Source: an uncultured Clostridia bacterium
GTDB lineage: Bacteria; Bacillota; Clostridia; TANB77; CAG-508
Length of the DNA: 48,735 nucleotides
Assembly: GCA_944388985.1 (NCBI GenBank)
Contig: CALXKT010000002.1
Location: forward strand, 1 to 48,735
Reading direction: 5' to 3'
The position numbers and the translations under genes were made by a program. The notes beneath the pieces were generated by a model. The model saw nothing but the letters and a program-made list of their open reading frames with translations, was not told the origin of the DNA and did not search any database. The stretch's first letter is position 1; every line of letters begins with the position of its first letter. Below are positions 28,048-36,982 of this stretch, piece after piece.

Positions 28048-29121
28048 TTACTCTTCAAATTCTATTTCTGCATCTGATGGACAAATCTGAATAAACGTTT
28101 TTCCATCATTTACTTCTATTTCATTTCCTTCTAAATCTTCATAAACTGTCTGTGAAGACCTTGACTCTTTTGTACAAGTAATTGGAATTGCTTTTCCATT
28201 GGTAATATAATAACCATCTACTTCTTTAATATTATCAATTGTTTGTCTTCCTTTGCCAGAGCCATCATTCAAAGTAGTATTGGTAACAAATTCGATAATA
28301 ATATTCTTTGTAGTAACTGATTTTTCTGTATCCCAATCAACTTGTTCTTCTCCTCTTGTATAACGCTTATATACTTTGTTTTTGGAATCATATTCATACG
28401 TTACTGTATTAGCATAAGAATATGGTATAGTAACCGTATTCGCGGTTTCTCCCTCTTCCAAATTCACTTCATCAACCACATAGTTTAAAACAGGTTCCTG
28501 TTCAGTTGTTGTACGATATCCTTTTCTTTCTGCAATACTTAATATTTTCTCTGTGCTTGTCACAGCATTATGTGGTGCATATCTTTCGCTTACTCTCCAA
28601 AAATTAGAGGAGCTTTCATAAATACCATTAATATTGTCCACTCCTAATTCTTCAACATCATCCTCTGCTTGTGGACTTGTTCCATAATGTACATAAATAG
28701 CATCATTTTCTAAAGCATAATCTAGGAAATAGTGTCTTGCACTACGAATAGGACCTATCTTGTCTAAATCTTTGCCTTGCAAAATGGCCATTAATCTAGT
28801 TTCTCCACCCTCTACAATTATCTCATAGACGATGTCTGCTTCTAAAAGACCTGCTTGTGGTACTGCATTAATATTATTATCAATCATAACAGCAATTGGT
28901 CTTTCACTACCGGCTAATGTTTTTGGTTTTTCTTCTTCTGGCTCTTCCACTACCACATTAGCAGCAGCCAAATTCGTATCTGCATTTGCTGGCTCTTCGG
29001 CATTATTATCCATAAATATTTTTACAGCAAATAACACTGCTGCAATAATAATTAATACGACAAGAACTATCACAAACGCCTTTGTTCCGCCTCTTTCGCT
29101 TTTCCAATCAAACCTTTTCAT
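28048..29121 (-). CDS. DUF3048 (YerB-like) envelope protein
   Basis: RPIAVMIDN, GPIRSARHYF and APHNA motifs typical of DUF3048. Start moved to MKRFDWK (AAAGGAAG upstream), because the longer ORF-track start is encoded by a repeat hairpin. Confidence 0.7.
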   Translation of the reverse strand: MKRFDWKSERGGTKAFVIVLVVLIIIAAVLFAVKIFMDNNAEEPANADTNLAAANVVVEEPEEEKPKTLAGSERPIAVMIDNNINAVPQAGLLEADIVYEIIVEGGETRLMAILQGKDLDKIGPIRSARHYFLDYALENDAIYVHYGTSPQAEDDVEELGVDNINGIYESSSNFWRVSERYAPHNAVTSTEKILSIAERKGYRTTTEQEPVLNYVVDEVNLEEGETANTVTIPYSYANTVTYEYDSKNKVYKRYTRGEEQVDWDTEKSVTTKNIIIEFVTNTTLNDGSGKGRQTIDNIKEVDGYYITNGKAIPITCTKESRSSQTVYEDLEGNEIEVNDGKTFIQICPSDAEIEFEE

Positions 29122-29138
29122 ACGGTTACTTCCTTTCT

Positions 29139-29169
29139 TTGGACAAAAAGGAGTGTCCCTTTTGTCCAA
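29139..29169. repeat. GGGACA-box hairpin unit (subfamily B)
   Basis: TTGGACAAAA-aggagtgtccc-TTTTGTCCAA. Confidence 0.8.
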
Positions 29170-29181
29170 GCCTTGATTTCT

Positions 29182-30495
29182 TTATAAAGCTTGCATTACG
29201 CCAAGCGTAATACCATAAATAAACAATATTAAAATAATTCCAATACAAGCACTAAACACAATTTCTGATACTTTATGAGCTTTTGCTTCTACTCTACTTG
29301 CTGCCACTAAGATGGAAAGTACAAGTGATAGTGTGAGAATAACAATATTTACTGCTTCATTATTGGTTAAATTATCAACCATAAGCCAAATAATCGTATT
29401 TGCTGCAAAGGCTAACGTAGTAAAACCACTCGGTACAAATTTTTTATTCAATACTTTATTCTTGTTCGTTCTTGCAATAGCAATTAGTGCCACAATAGCA
29501 ATTACCACAATCACAATTGCAGTAAAGGCTAAATGTACTGGGGAATTTACTATATTTTCAAGAAAAGTTATTCCAATTGTGCTTATCTTATCAAAGAATA
29601 AAAAGTAAGCAACTATAACGGCATTAATTGCTGTAATTACCACACCTCCGGCAGCCACATCTTTTGCAATTTTTGCTTTAGGATGGTACACATCCACATA
29701 TAAATCTACCACTGTTTCAATGGCAGTATTACACATTTCTGCAAATAAAATTAAAATAATGGTAAACAAAAAGCATAAAAATTCAGCTCTACTTAAGTCG
29801 AAGAACAAGCTTATAATTACCACTGCCACAGCAATAACTAACTGTATCTTAATATTTCGCTGGGTGGTAGCTGCATAAATAATTCCATCGATTGCATTTT
29901 TCCATGCATCTAAGAAATTACTATTGGACGTTTTTTTTGAGTTTTTTCTTTCTTGTTCTTCTATTTGCTCTAATTCTTTTTCGCTTTCTTCAGAAGAGGT
30001 TTCTCTTTTAATTCCTAAGCCAGCCAATATCTTTTCTTCTTTTTCACGCATAACAACCTTGTCTTTTTCTTCGATATGGTCATGTCCCATTAAATGATAA
30101 AACCCATGCACTACCATATAAGCTAGTTCTCGTTCAAAACTATGTCCATATTCTTCTGCTTGTTCATATACTTTTGGAATGGATATTACAATATCTCCTA
30201 AAATATCAGCCTGTACATTACTATCTGCATTTTTAGAACTTTCTTCGACGAACTGTTCTAGTTCTTCCTTTTCAAACATAGGAAAAGATAGTACATCTGT
30301 AGGTCTATCAATGTTTCGATATTGCTTGTTTATTTTTTCAATTTCATTCGGTTCAGTTAGTGTAATGCTTACATATAAATTCGTTTTGTCCAATTTTTCT
30401 GTTTTAAAACATTCCTCTACAACCTGTTTGATGGTACTATCGTATTTTTCATTTTTTTCAAGATTTTTATAGATAATTTCGCAATTTTCCTTCAT
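29182..30495 (-). CDS. ybeY: fusion protein: YbeY endoribonuclease + DgkA-type lipid kinase + C-terminal PAP2-like membrane segment
   Basis: N-terminal part has HGFYHLMGHDH (YbeY zinc site). Middle part has EMCNTAIETVVD...HPKAKIAKDVAAGGV (DgkA). C-terminal part has PSGF...SRVEAKAHKVSE, resembling degenerate PAP2 motifs. It is one uninterrupted 437-codon frame. Confidence 0.75.
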   Translation of the reverse strand: MKENCEIIYKNLEKNEKYDSTIKQVVEECFKTEKLDKTNLYVSITLTEPNEIEKINKQYRNIDRPTDVLSFPMFEKEELEQFVEESSKNADSNVQADILGDIVISIPKVYEQAEEYGHSFERELAYMVVHGFYHLMGHDHIEEKDKVVMREKEEKILAGLGIKRETSSEESEKELEQIEEQERKNSKKTSNSNFLDAWKNAIDGIIYAATTQRNIKIQLVIAVAVVIISLFFDLSRAEFLCFLFTIILILFAEMCNTAIETVVDLYVDVYHPKAKIAKDVAAGGVVITAINAVIVAYFLFFDKISTIGITFLENIVNSPVHLAFTAIVIVVIAIVALIAIARTNKNKVLNKKFVPSGFTTLAFAANTIIWLMVDNLTNNEAVNIVILTLSLVLSILVAASRVEAKAHKVSEIVFSACIGIILILFIYGITLGVMQAL

Positions 30496-30528
30496 AACTA
30501 TTTCCTTATTTTCTTTTTATTCTTCCTC

Positions 30529-31764
30529 TTACACTGCTTCTTTCTTTACTTTTGTGTTTCTTCTTTCTCTTGCTACTTTTCGATAAGTACCTTCCGATGT
30601 ATATGTATTATACAATTTTCTCATTGCGCCTAATTCCACTAGTTTATTTCGATAGAATTGAACGATTTTATAATATTTGTTTTCATTGGTAGCTACTTTA
30701 GCTAAATCGCTTCGAATAAATAGAATTTCTTTTTGCTTAATGTATTCGTCATAGTCTTTGTCTTTTAGTTTTTCTACTTCTTTATAGGCATCAAAGAATT
30801 TTTTGTATTCTTCTCTTTGCGCTGGTTTTTCCCAATAAATTTTGGTGCTTAGTAATTTTGCATTATATTCTTCTATTATATTAATAAGTAACGAATAAGC
30901 TTTTTCTTGTTTTCTAAGCACTTTTGTGTCTACAATTAAACTTCTCACATCTTTTAACAATTTAATATAGCATTGTTCTGCTACCACAAGTGGCAAGCTA
31001 TGTGTAAACAATTTTCTACTTAATCCTAAAAGAATCATATTCTTTTCAATAACATCATTTTGGTCTAATTTTCCGACTGAAAAACGATCAAAATTGTCAA
31101 ATTCATCTAGGATTTCTTTATAAGTTTCATTATTCTCTAATTCAAATTTTATTGGTAGGATATTGGATATGTATTCTTCTAGTGTTTTGAAAATTTTGTT
31201 ATAAATTTCTTGTTTTTCACCATCCGTAATATTATCTGCAAGTCTTATAGAATAGTGTTTTAACAATCCTTTATATAAAACTTCTGCCTCATAGCTGTAA
31301 AATTTTTTGTATCTATCTATTACTTTTGGTTTTTCATTTAATACGTTTTGATAATCTAATCCGATTAAATAAATTTGTTTTCTATATTTATACTCTGTAT
31401 AACCCGTTTCTTTCAAATGCGTTATCATATAATATTGCGATAATGCATCCTTTTCGAATTCGTTAGCAGTATCATTTCTTACTTTTTTATAAATCGAATC
31501 CATAATATGTTTGTCAATCGCTTCTAAATAAAGTGCATAAGTATCATCCATTTTCTTGGACAACGCTTCCTTTTTTTCTTGTTCAGTCGCATTATTTAAT
31601 GCTTCAAATGTTTTTAATACATTACTTCTTTTTAGGGAAATAATCACACTATTTAGCCCTATCTTTGTTGGTATTAAAAGTTTGCTTATTGTGTTTGTAA
31701 TCTTAGAGAAAAATGTTCTTTCTGAATTGTAAATTCTTAAACTTCTTTCTTCCATCTTATCCAT
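30529..31764 (-). CDS. hypothetical protein (411 aa, Lys/Glu/Tyr-rich, likely helical)
   Basis: Long ORF with coding-like composition between yqfD and ybeY. I recognise no motif. Confidence 0.5.
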   Translation of the reverse strand: MDKMEERSLRIYNSERTFFSKITNTISKLLIPTKIGLNSVIISLKRSNVLKTFEALNNATEQEKKEALSKKMDDTYALYLEAIDKHIMDSIYKKVRNDTANEFEKDALSQYYMITHLKETGYTEYKYRKQIYLIGLDYQNVLNEKPKVIDRYKKFYSYEAEVLYKGLLKHYSIRLADNITDGEKQEIYNKIFKTLEEYISNILPIKFELENNETYKEILDEFDNFDRFSVGKLDQNDVIEKNMILLGLSRKLFTHSLPLVVAEQCYIKLLKDVRSLIVDTKVLRKQEKAYSLLINIIEEYNAKLLSTKIYWEKPAQREEYKKFFDAYKEVEKLKDKDYDEYIKQKEILFIRSDLAKVATNENKYYKIVQFYRNKLVELGAMRKLYNTYTSEGTYRKVARERRNTKVKKEAV

Positions 31765-31793
31765 CCTTTCTCTTCCTTTGTAATCCTCTTGTT

Positions 31794-32975
31794 TTAAAGT
31801 TCTAGTTTTTCTTGCACCCCTATATTTTCCTTCACTTCGTAAGTAACCTCTACTTCAATAAAGTCTCTCTCTGTTTTCACATTTATTTGCTTATCGGTTA
31901 TTTCTTTGTTTTCGATATTTTCCTTTAATGCCTCAGTTGCTCTGTCTATTCCTATTTGTTTTGCTTCCTCTAAGCTATGAATAACAACTATTTCCTCATA
32001 TTCTTGATAGGTATATTCTATAAGCTCTATTGGCAAATAAAAATCGGAAAATAATTTTAATTTTTTACATGTCTCTATTGTATCATATTTTTCGAATTTT
32101 GGAATACTTTTATGAAAATTTATTTGAAAATTATTTATTTTTACGGAATACTTTGTTTCCAGATTTCCCGTTTCTCTTTTTTGTGTCTCTTTTAATTCCA
32201 CTTTTTGGGTATTTGTATACCAAACTTTTGCCTGGACCTCGCCCCTAGAGTGCATATACTGCTTTCCTGTATATTTTCCTTCCATCCACCCAGCAATTAA
32301 AATATCTCCTTTTGTTACAACATCTCCCTCTTTTACTAGGGCAGTACCATTTTGCGCCGTTATTTTACTAATTACTCCATCTTTATCTGCCACAATATTA
32401 CAATACTCTGCTTCGTCGACAATCTCAGGTTTCGGATCTGCTTCTACAATTTCTATTCTTGCATTCGTTCCTTTTATTTCCATTCCTACCCAAGCTACAT
32501 CATCTCGTTTCAATCGTATTTGATTAATAATTTGCTTTGTATCTACACTACTTTTCCATTTTCCAATGGATAGTCCCTCTTCTTCTACTATTTGCAATAT
32601 TTCTTCTTGTGGAATGGTGTTTGTCCCCACTATTTCAATATTCCAAATGAATTTTGATAAGAGGAATATGGCAAAAAGAATGAGGATTAGAAATCCAATA
32701 AACACTTTTCTTTTTCGGTATTTTTTTGCCACAAAAGGAAGTCCCTTTTTCTTCTCTATTTTCATTTTGCATTTGGTCTTTTTGCAAATTCCTTTTAATT
32801 GCTTAAAATATTTTGCTTCCACACATGCATGCAAAACAATGGAATTTTCTCTTTTTAAATTCCATAATAGAATTTGACTCGCATTGCACAAGTTAATAAA
32901 TCTTTCAATATAATAACCCTCAATTGTAATGGATACATACCCAGACAAGTATTGCGCTATCCTGTTTGTATTCAA
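31794..32975 (-). CDS. yqfD: sporulation protein YqfD
   Basis: About 390 aa with a single central TM segment. It follows yqfC with a 4-nt overlap, which is the conserved yqfC-yqfD pair. Confidence 0.7.
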   Translation of the reverse strand: MNTNRIAQYLSGYVSITIEGYYIERFINLCNASQILLWNLKRENSIVLHACVEAKYFKQLKGICKKTKCKMKIEKKKGLPFVAKKYRKRKVFIGFLILILFAIFLLSKFIWNIEIVGTNTIPQEEILQIVEEEGLSIGKWKSSVDTKQIINQIRLKRDDVAWVGMEIKGTNARIEIVEADPKPEIVDEAEYCNIVADKDGVISKITAQNGTALVKEGDVVTKGDILIAGWMEGKYTGKQYMHSRGEVQAKVWYTNTQKVELKETQKRETGNLETKYSVKINNFQINFHKSIPKFEKYDTIETCKKLKLFSDFYLPIELIEYTYQEYEEIVVIHSLEEAKQIGIDRATEALKENIENKEITDKQINVKTERDFIEVEVTYEVKENIGVQEKLEL

Positions 32976-33265
32976 TTTTCTTCCCCCTCTTCCTCTGTTT
33001 CTTCAAAATCGATGCTGTCGATTTTGCCAGTTACAAGTAAATCATCAGTCGTCATCTCTTCCAAGTTGAGGTTGAATCCATTAATATTAATAATGCCAAT
33101 ATGAGTATTCAGTCTTACAAAATAATCTTGATATTCGAAAATACCTTTATAATTCTCAATTAAAACTCTCTCAAACCCAACCACCGTAATTTTTGGATTA
33201 TTGGTACTAAGTTCAACAGGTATTTCTAAAATTTCATCTAATTTTCTTGCTTTTCTTCTCATCAT
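32972..33265 (-). CDS. yqfC: sporulation protein YqfC (YabP/YqfC family)
   Basis: 97 aa, YabP-like pattern (ITVVGFERVLIENYKGI...VTGKIDSIDF). Upstream of yqfD. Confidence 0.7.
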   Translation of the reverse strand: MMRRKARKLDEILEIPVELSTNNPKITVVGFERVLIENYKGIFEYQDYFVRLNTHIGIININGFNLNLEEMTTDDLLVTGKIDSIDFEETEEEGEEN

Positions 33266-33279
33266 ACACTTACCCTCTC

Positions 33280-33441
33280 CTTGAACAGAAGGGACACTCC
33301 TTTTCGTTCAAGTTCTTAAACTTTTTGGACACTCCTTTCCGTCCAAGTTTTTGGACATTTAGGAGTGTCCCTTTTGTCCAAACTCTTAAAGTTTGAAGTA
33401 TTCCTTTTTTGCTTAAGTCCTTAAACTTCTTGGGCATTCCC
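33280..33441. repeat. GGGACA-box repeat cluster (subfamilies A/B) with decaying copies
   Basis: Intact units at 33280-33300 and 33351-33382, followed by progressively degenerate copies (TTGGACACTCC, GTATTCC, GGGCATTCCC) at a spacing of about 35 bp. Confidence 0.75.
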
Positions 33442-33461
33442 CTCTTCTTCTTTTAGATTAC

Positions 33462-34292
33462 TCACTTTTCAAATTCATCCAATGATTTAAACTCATACCC
33501 CATATTCTTTATTTCTTTAATGCAATAATCTAATATATTGCTATTGTCTTTTGAGGTGCTATGCAAAAGCATCACTTCGCCATTGTGCACATTGTCTAGT
33601 ATTTTCTGCTTTCCGTACTCTTCTCTTCCCTGCTTGTTATCCTCCCAATCGTCATATGCAAATGACCACATAACTGTTGTATAGCCTAATGTATTGGTAA
33701 ATGCAATGGTTCTTTCACTATATTCTCCTTTGGGTGGACGTAGATATTTCATTTCATAACCAAATTTATCATATAAAGCAGTATGTAATTCCATAACATC
33801 CTCTTTTATTTCTTCATTCGTGGATTCTGGCATACAAATATGGTCTGCTGTATGATTTCCAATAATATGCCCCTCTGTTATCATTCTTTCTACTAAATCT
33901 GGTCTGGAATTTAAGTAGTGTCCTGTAATAAAAAAAGTAGCTGTTACCTCATTTTGTTTCAATACCTCTAATATTTTCTCGGTATATCCTGCCTCATATC
34001 CGCAGTCAAAGGTTAAATAAATATATGGTTTTTCACTGTTTCCCATACTTATTCCTGCATTCTCATCAATGATTCTTTTGTTTTCCGCGCCTAAATCTGG
34101 CTGCTCATGATTATCTCCCCTCTTTATTCCCCACTCGATTTTTTTATTGCTTACGCCTGTCGTAGCAGTAGCACTCGTTTGAACTATATTGCTTTGCTGA
34201 GTTTGGTTCATTTGCACTACTGAAATTGTAAAAATGCAAGTAAGAAAGATGGCAAGATAGGTGGATATCCTTTTCGCTTTTTTTGAGTTCAT
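33462..34292 (-). CDS. pdaA: polysaccharide deacetylase, PdaA-like (delta-lactam biosynthesis type)
   Basis: Signal peptide, LTFDCGYEAGYT, TFFITGHY and GNHTADH NodB-domain motifs that resemble PdaA. Confidence 0.6.
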   Translation of the reverse strand: MNSKKAKRISTYLAIFLTCIFTISVVQMNQTQQSNIVQTSATATTGVSNKKIEWGIKRGDNHEQPDLGAENKRIIDENAGISMGNSEKPYIYLTFDCGYEAGYTEKILEVLKQNEVTATFFITGHYLNSRPDLVERMITEGHIIGNHTADHICMPESTNEEIKEDVMELHTALYDKFGYEMKYLRPPKGEYSERTIAFTNTLGYTTVMWSFAYDDWEDNKQGREEYGKQKILDNVHNGEVMLLHSTSKDNSNILDYCIKEIKNMGYEFKSLDEFEK

Positions 34293-34535
34293 ATTTGCCT
34301 CCTACACTCCTTATTTTTTGTTAGCTCGATTTTGTTTTATTTAATACTATGAGGAAAAAGGCAAAAAAATAACCATATTTTTTTATACTTTGCCTTTATA
34401 ATTTGTACTAATAGCTTTCTTCGTAAAAATAAAAACAGGATATATTTTCCTGTTTTGTTTTTACGAAATTATAATTATTTTCTTAATTTTTTCTCGTTTT
34501 TCGACAAATAATTTTATTTTTGTCATTTTTTTGTA

Positions 34536-34564
34536 TTGACAAGCCAAAATTTTTAGATTATATT
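34536..34564 (+). promoter_or_regulatory. putative promoter of the agrA/agrC-like operon
   Basis: TTGACA (34536-34541), 17-nt spacer, TATATT (34559-34564). Confidence 0.4.
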
Positions 34565-34653
34565 ATAAAAGTGACTGGAAAAAATTGGTTGTATTTTTAC
34601 AGTTTGTCGAATTTTGGTTCGGATTTTAAATTTTATTATATGGGGGATTAACA

Positions 34654-35394
34654 ATGTTGAATTTTGTTTTATGTGACGATAATTCTAGTGCTATTGATAA
34701 GTTATCTAAAATGTTGAATTCTATTATTCTTTCACACAATCTTAAAGGTCAAATTGCTTTTTCTACAACTAATCCCGATGAGCTATTAAATTATGTCAAA
34801 AATAATTTAACACATGTACTTTTGTTAGATATTGACTTAAAATCTTCTATCTCTGGTTTAGAATTAGCTGAGAAAATAAGAGAAGTAGATAAAAGTGTTT
34901 ACATTATATTTATTACTGGTCATTTCGAATATGGTATGATGGCTTATAAATATAAAACTTTTGACTATCTGCAGAAACCTTTAACCAAAGAGCGTTTTGA
35001 AGAAACAATTTTGAGACTATACTCAGATGTGTTCGGAGACAAAACAAAATATCTAAAACTGGATAATGATAAAACGGTAATTAAAGAAAATACCATTAGA
35101 TTTATTAAAAAAGATGGAATGAAGGTAATATTTCACACAGATACTAGGGATTATGAAACATATAGCTCTTTTAATAAAATATCTGCTATGTTACCTTATA
35201 ATTTTGTCCGATGTCATAAATCTTACATTGTAAATATGGACAAGATTACAGATATCGATTTGTCCAACAATTCAATATCTTTTACTAAAAATGATGTTTG
35301 CTATATTGGTCCAAAATATAAAAATGAATTTATGGAGGTTTTAAACAATGAATATTTTTCAAACAATTTGGTCAGCCTTGACCACGCCAAATGA
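34654..35394 (+). CDS. agrA: LytTR-family response regulator (AgrA-like)
   Basis: Receiver domain (LCDDN, LLLDIDL) plus a C-terminal LytTR domain (FVRCHKSYIVNMDKI). Adjacent to an AgrC-like kinase and convergent with agrBD. Confidence 0.8.
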   Translation: MLNFVLCDDNSSAIDKLSKMLNSIILSHNLKGQIAFSTTNPDELLNYVKNNLTHVLLLDIDLKSSISGLELAEKIREVDKSVYIIFITGHFEYGMMAYKYKTFDYLQKPLTKERFEETILRLYSDVFGDKTKYLKLDNDKTVIKENTIRFIKKDGMKVIFHTDTRDYETYSSFNKISAMLPYNFVRCHKSYIVNMDKITDIDLSNNSISFTKNDVCYIGPKYKNEFMEVLNNEYFSNNLVSLDHAK

Positions 35395-36703
35395 GGTGTT
35401 AACTAATATTTTATTTATACCATTATGCTTTTTAGACACTTTCGTCTGCATGCAATTTTTTACTACTGTTCTCAATATAAAGAGCACAACTAAACAAAAG
35501 GTTTTGTATGTAATTATCAATGGAATAATTGCAAGTATTAATAACTTGTTCATTCCTTCTTCTTACAAAGTGTTTATTAATATAATATTATGGCCTATTC
35601 TTGTATTCATTATACTAAAAGCTTCTCCTTTAAAAAGTATATTTGCAATGGCTATAACCCTTATTATTACTCTCATTTTAGAATCTATATTCGCAAATTT
35701 ATTTTTAGTATTATTTAACATTTCATCACAAAATGCTGTAACCATACCTATTTTTAGAATTACTGTTGCATTAACAATATATTTATTTATATTCTTAATT
35801 ACAAAACTTATTAGTTTTCTAAAAATTAACATTAATATAATAGAAAATCTATCTAAGAAAAATAAAATTTTATTAGGAATAAGTCTTTTGCTAATAATAT
35901 TAGTTTTATGCTTACAATTTTATTTAGTAATATTTTATAGTGACACAATGCCTTTGTTGGTTTCTTCAATTAATATCATCTTTTTAATTATCTACTTTAC
36001 TATTAGTATTTGTAGTATTATAAGTATTTCCAATCTAGAAATCACAAAACAAGATTTAGAAAATGCTAATAACACTATTCATTCGCTAAAGATTTTACAT
36101 GACCAAGTTAGATCTTTCAAACATGATTTTGATAATATTGTAAATAGTATTGGCGGTTATGTAGTAAACGAAGATATGGATGGACTAAAGAAGTATTATA
36201 ATCAACTTTTAGAAGAATGCAATAAGACGAATAACTTATATGCACTATCTCCAGAAGTCATCAACCATCCTGCTATTTATCATTTACTTGCCACCAAATA
36301 TTATGATGCTGACCAATTAGCTATTCAAATTAATCTTAATGTATTTTTAGATTTGAATGAAATTGAAAGTCGCATGAAAATTTATGATTTTACTAGAATT
36401 TTAGGTATTCTCTTAGACAATGCTATTGAAGCCGCCAAGGAGTGCAATGAAAAGAAAATTAATGTTAGTTTCCGTAAAGAGTCTAACAATAATGACAGAA
36501 TTCTAGTAATTATTCAAAATACTTATACCAATAAAGAAGTAAACACCGAAGAAATTTATCAAAAAGGTATTACTAGTAAAGAAAATCATAGTGGTCTTGG
36601 ATTATGGAAAGTAAGACAAATTTTAATGCATAACAATAACTTGAATTTATTCACTACCAAAGATGATGAATTCTTTACACAACAATTTGAAATCTATAAA
36701 TAA
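35348..36703 (+). CDS. agrC: AgrC-like (HPK10) sensor histidine kinase
   Basis: About 6 N-terminal TM helices, H-box FKHDFDN and a GHKL ATPase with GLGLWKVRQIL. Confidence 0.8.
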   Translation: MNIFQTIWSALTTPNEVLTNILFIPLCFLDTFVCMQFFTTVLNIKSTTKQKVLYVIINGIIASINNLFIPSSYKVFINIILWPILVFIILKASPLKSIFAMAITLIITLILESIFANLFLVLFNISSQNAVTIPIFRITVALTIYLFIFLITKLISFLKININIIENLSKKNKILLGISLLLIILVLCLQFYLVIFYSDTMPLLVSSINIIFLIIYFTISICSIISISNLEITKQDLENANNTIHSLKILHDQVRSFKHDFDNIVNSIGGYVVNEDMDGLKKYYNQLLEECNKTNNLYALSPEVINHPAIYHLLATKYYDADQLAIQINLNVFLDLNEIESRMKIYDFTRILGILLDNAIEAAKECNEKKINVSFRKESNNNDRILVIIQNTYTNKEVNTEEIYQKGITSKENHSGLGLWKVRQILMHNNNLNLFTTKDDEFFTQQFEIYK

Positions 36704-36712
36704 TTTGCCACC

Positions 36713-36742
36713 AAAAAATAGTCTCTTACGAGGCTATTTTTT
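36713..36742. terminator. bidirectional terminator between convergent agrC and agrD
   Basis: AAAAAATAGTCTC-ttac-GAGGCTATTTTTT, a stem flanked by an A-run and a T-run. It lies 10 nt after the agrC stop and about 55 nt after the agrD stop. Confidence 0.55.
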
Positions 36743-36797
36743 GGTTTGTCGAATTTTATATTTTATTTATGGAAATAGTTGTTATTCCTATTTTTTA

Positions 36798-36917
36798 TTA
36801 ATCTTTTTTAACTATAGAAGCAGGCATTTTTGGTTGATGGAAAAAACCTGCCCAAGCACATGCTGTGTTTGTTGATTTAGCATACTTTTCAGCTATCTTT
36901 GCTAATGTTTTTAACAT
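36798..36917 (-). CDS. agrD: AgrD-like autoinducing peptide precursor (39 aa), not in the ORF track
   Basis: My own translation of the minus strand gives MLKTLAKIAEKYAKSTNTACAWAGFFHQPKMPASIVKKD. GGGGGA RBS lies 8 nt upstream of the ATG. It starts 65 nt downstream of agrB. It has an amphipathic leader, a single Cys and a (H/Y)(Q/E)PxxP tail as in clostridial AgrD. Confidence 0.7.
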   Translation of the reverse strand: MLKTLAKIAEKYAKSTNTACAWAGFFHQPKMPASIVKKD

Positions 36918-36982
36918 AATAAATTCCCCCTATTGCTTAAAATTTATATAATAAACACTGCCGGCTAATGTTCATTACCTAA

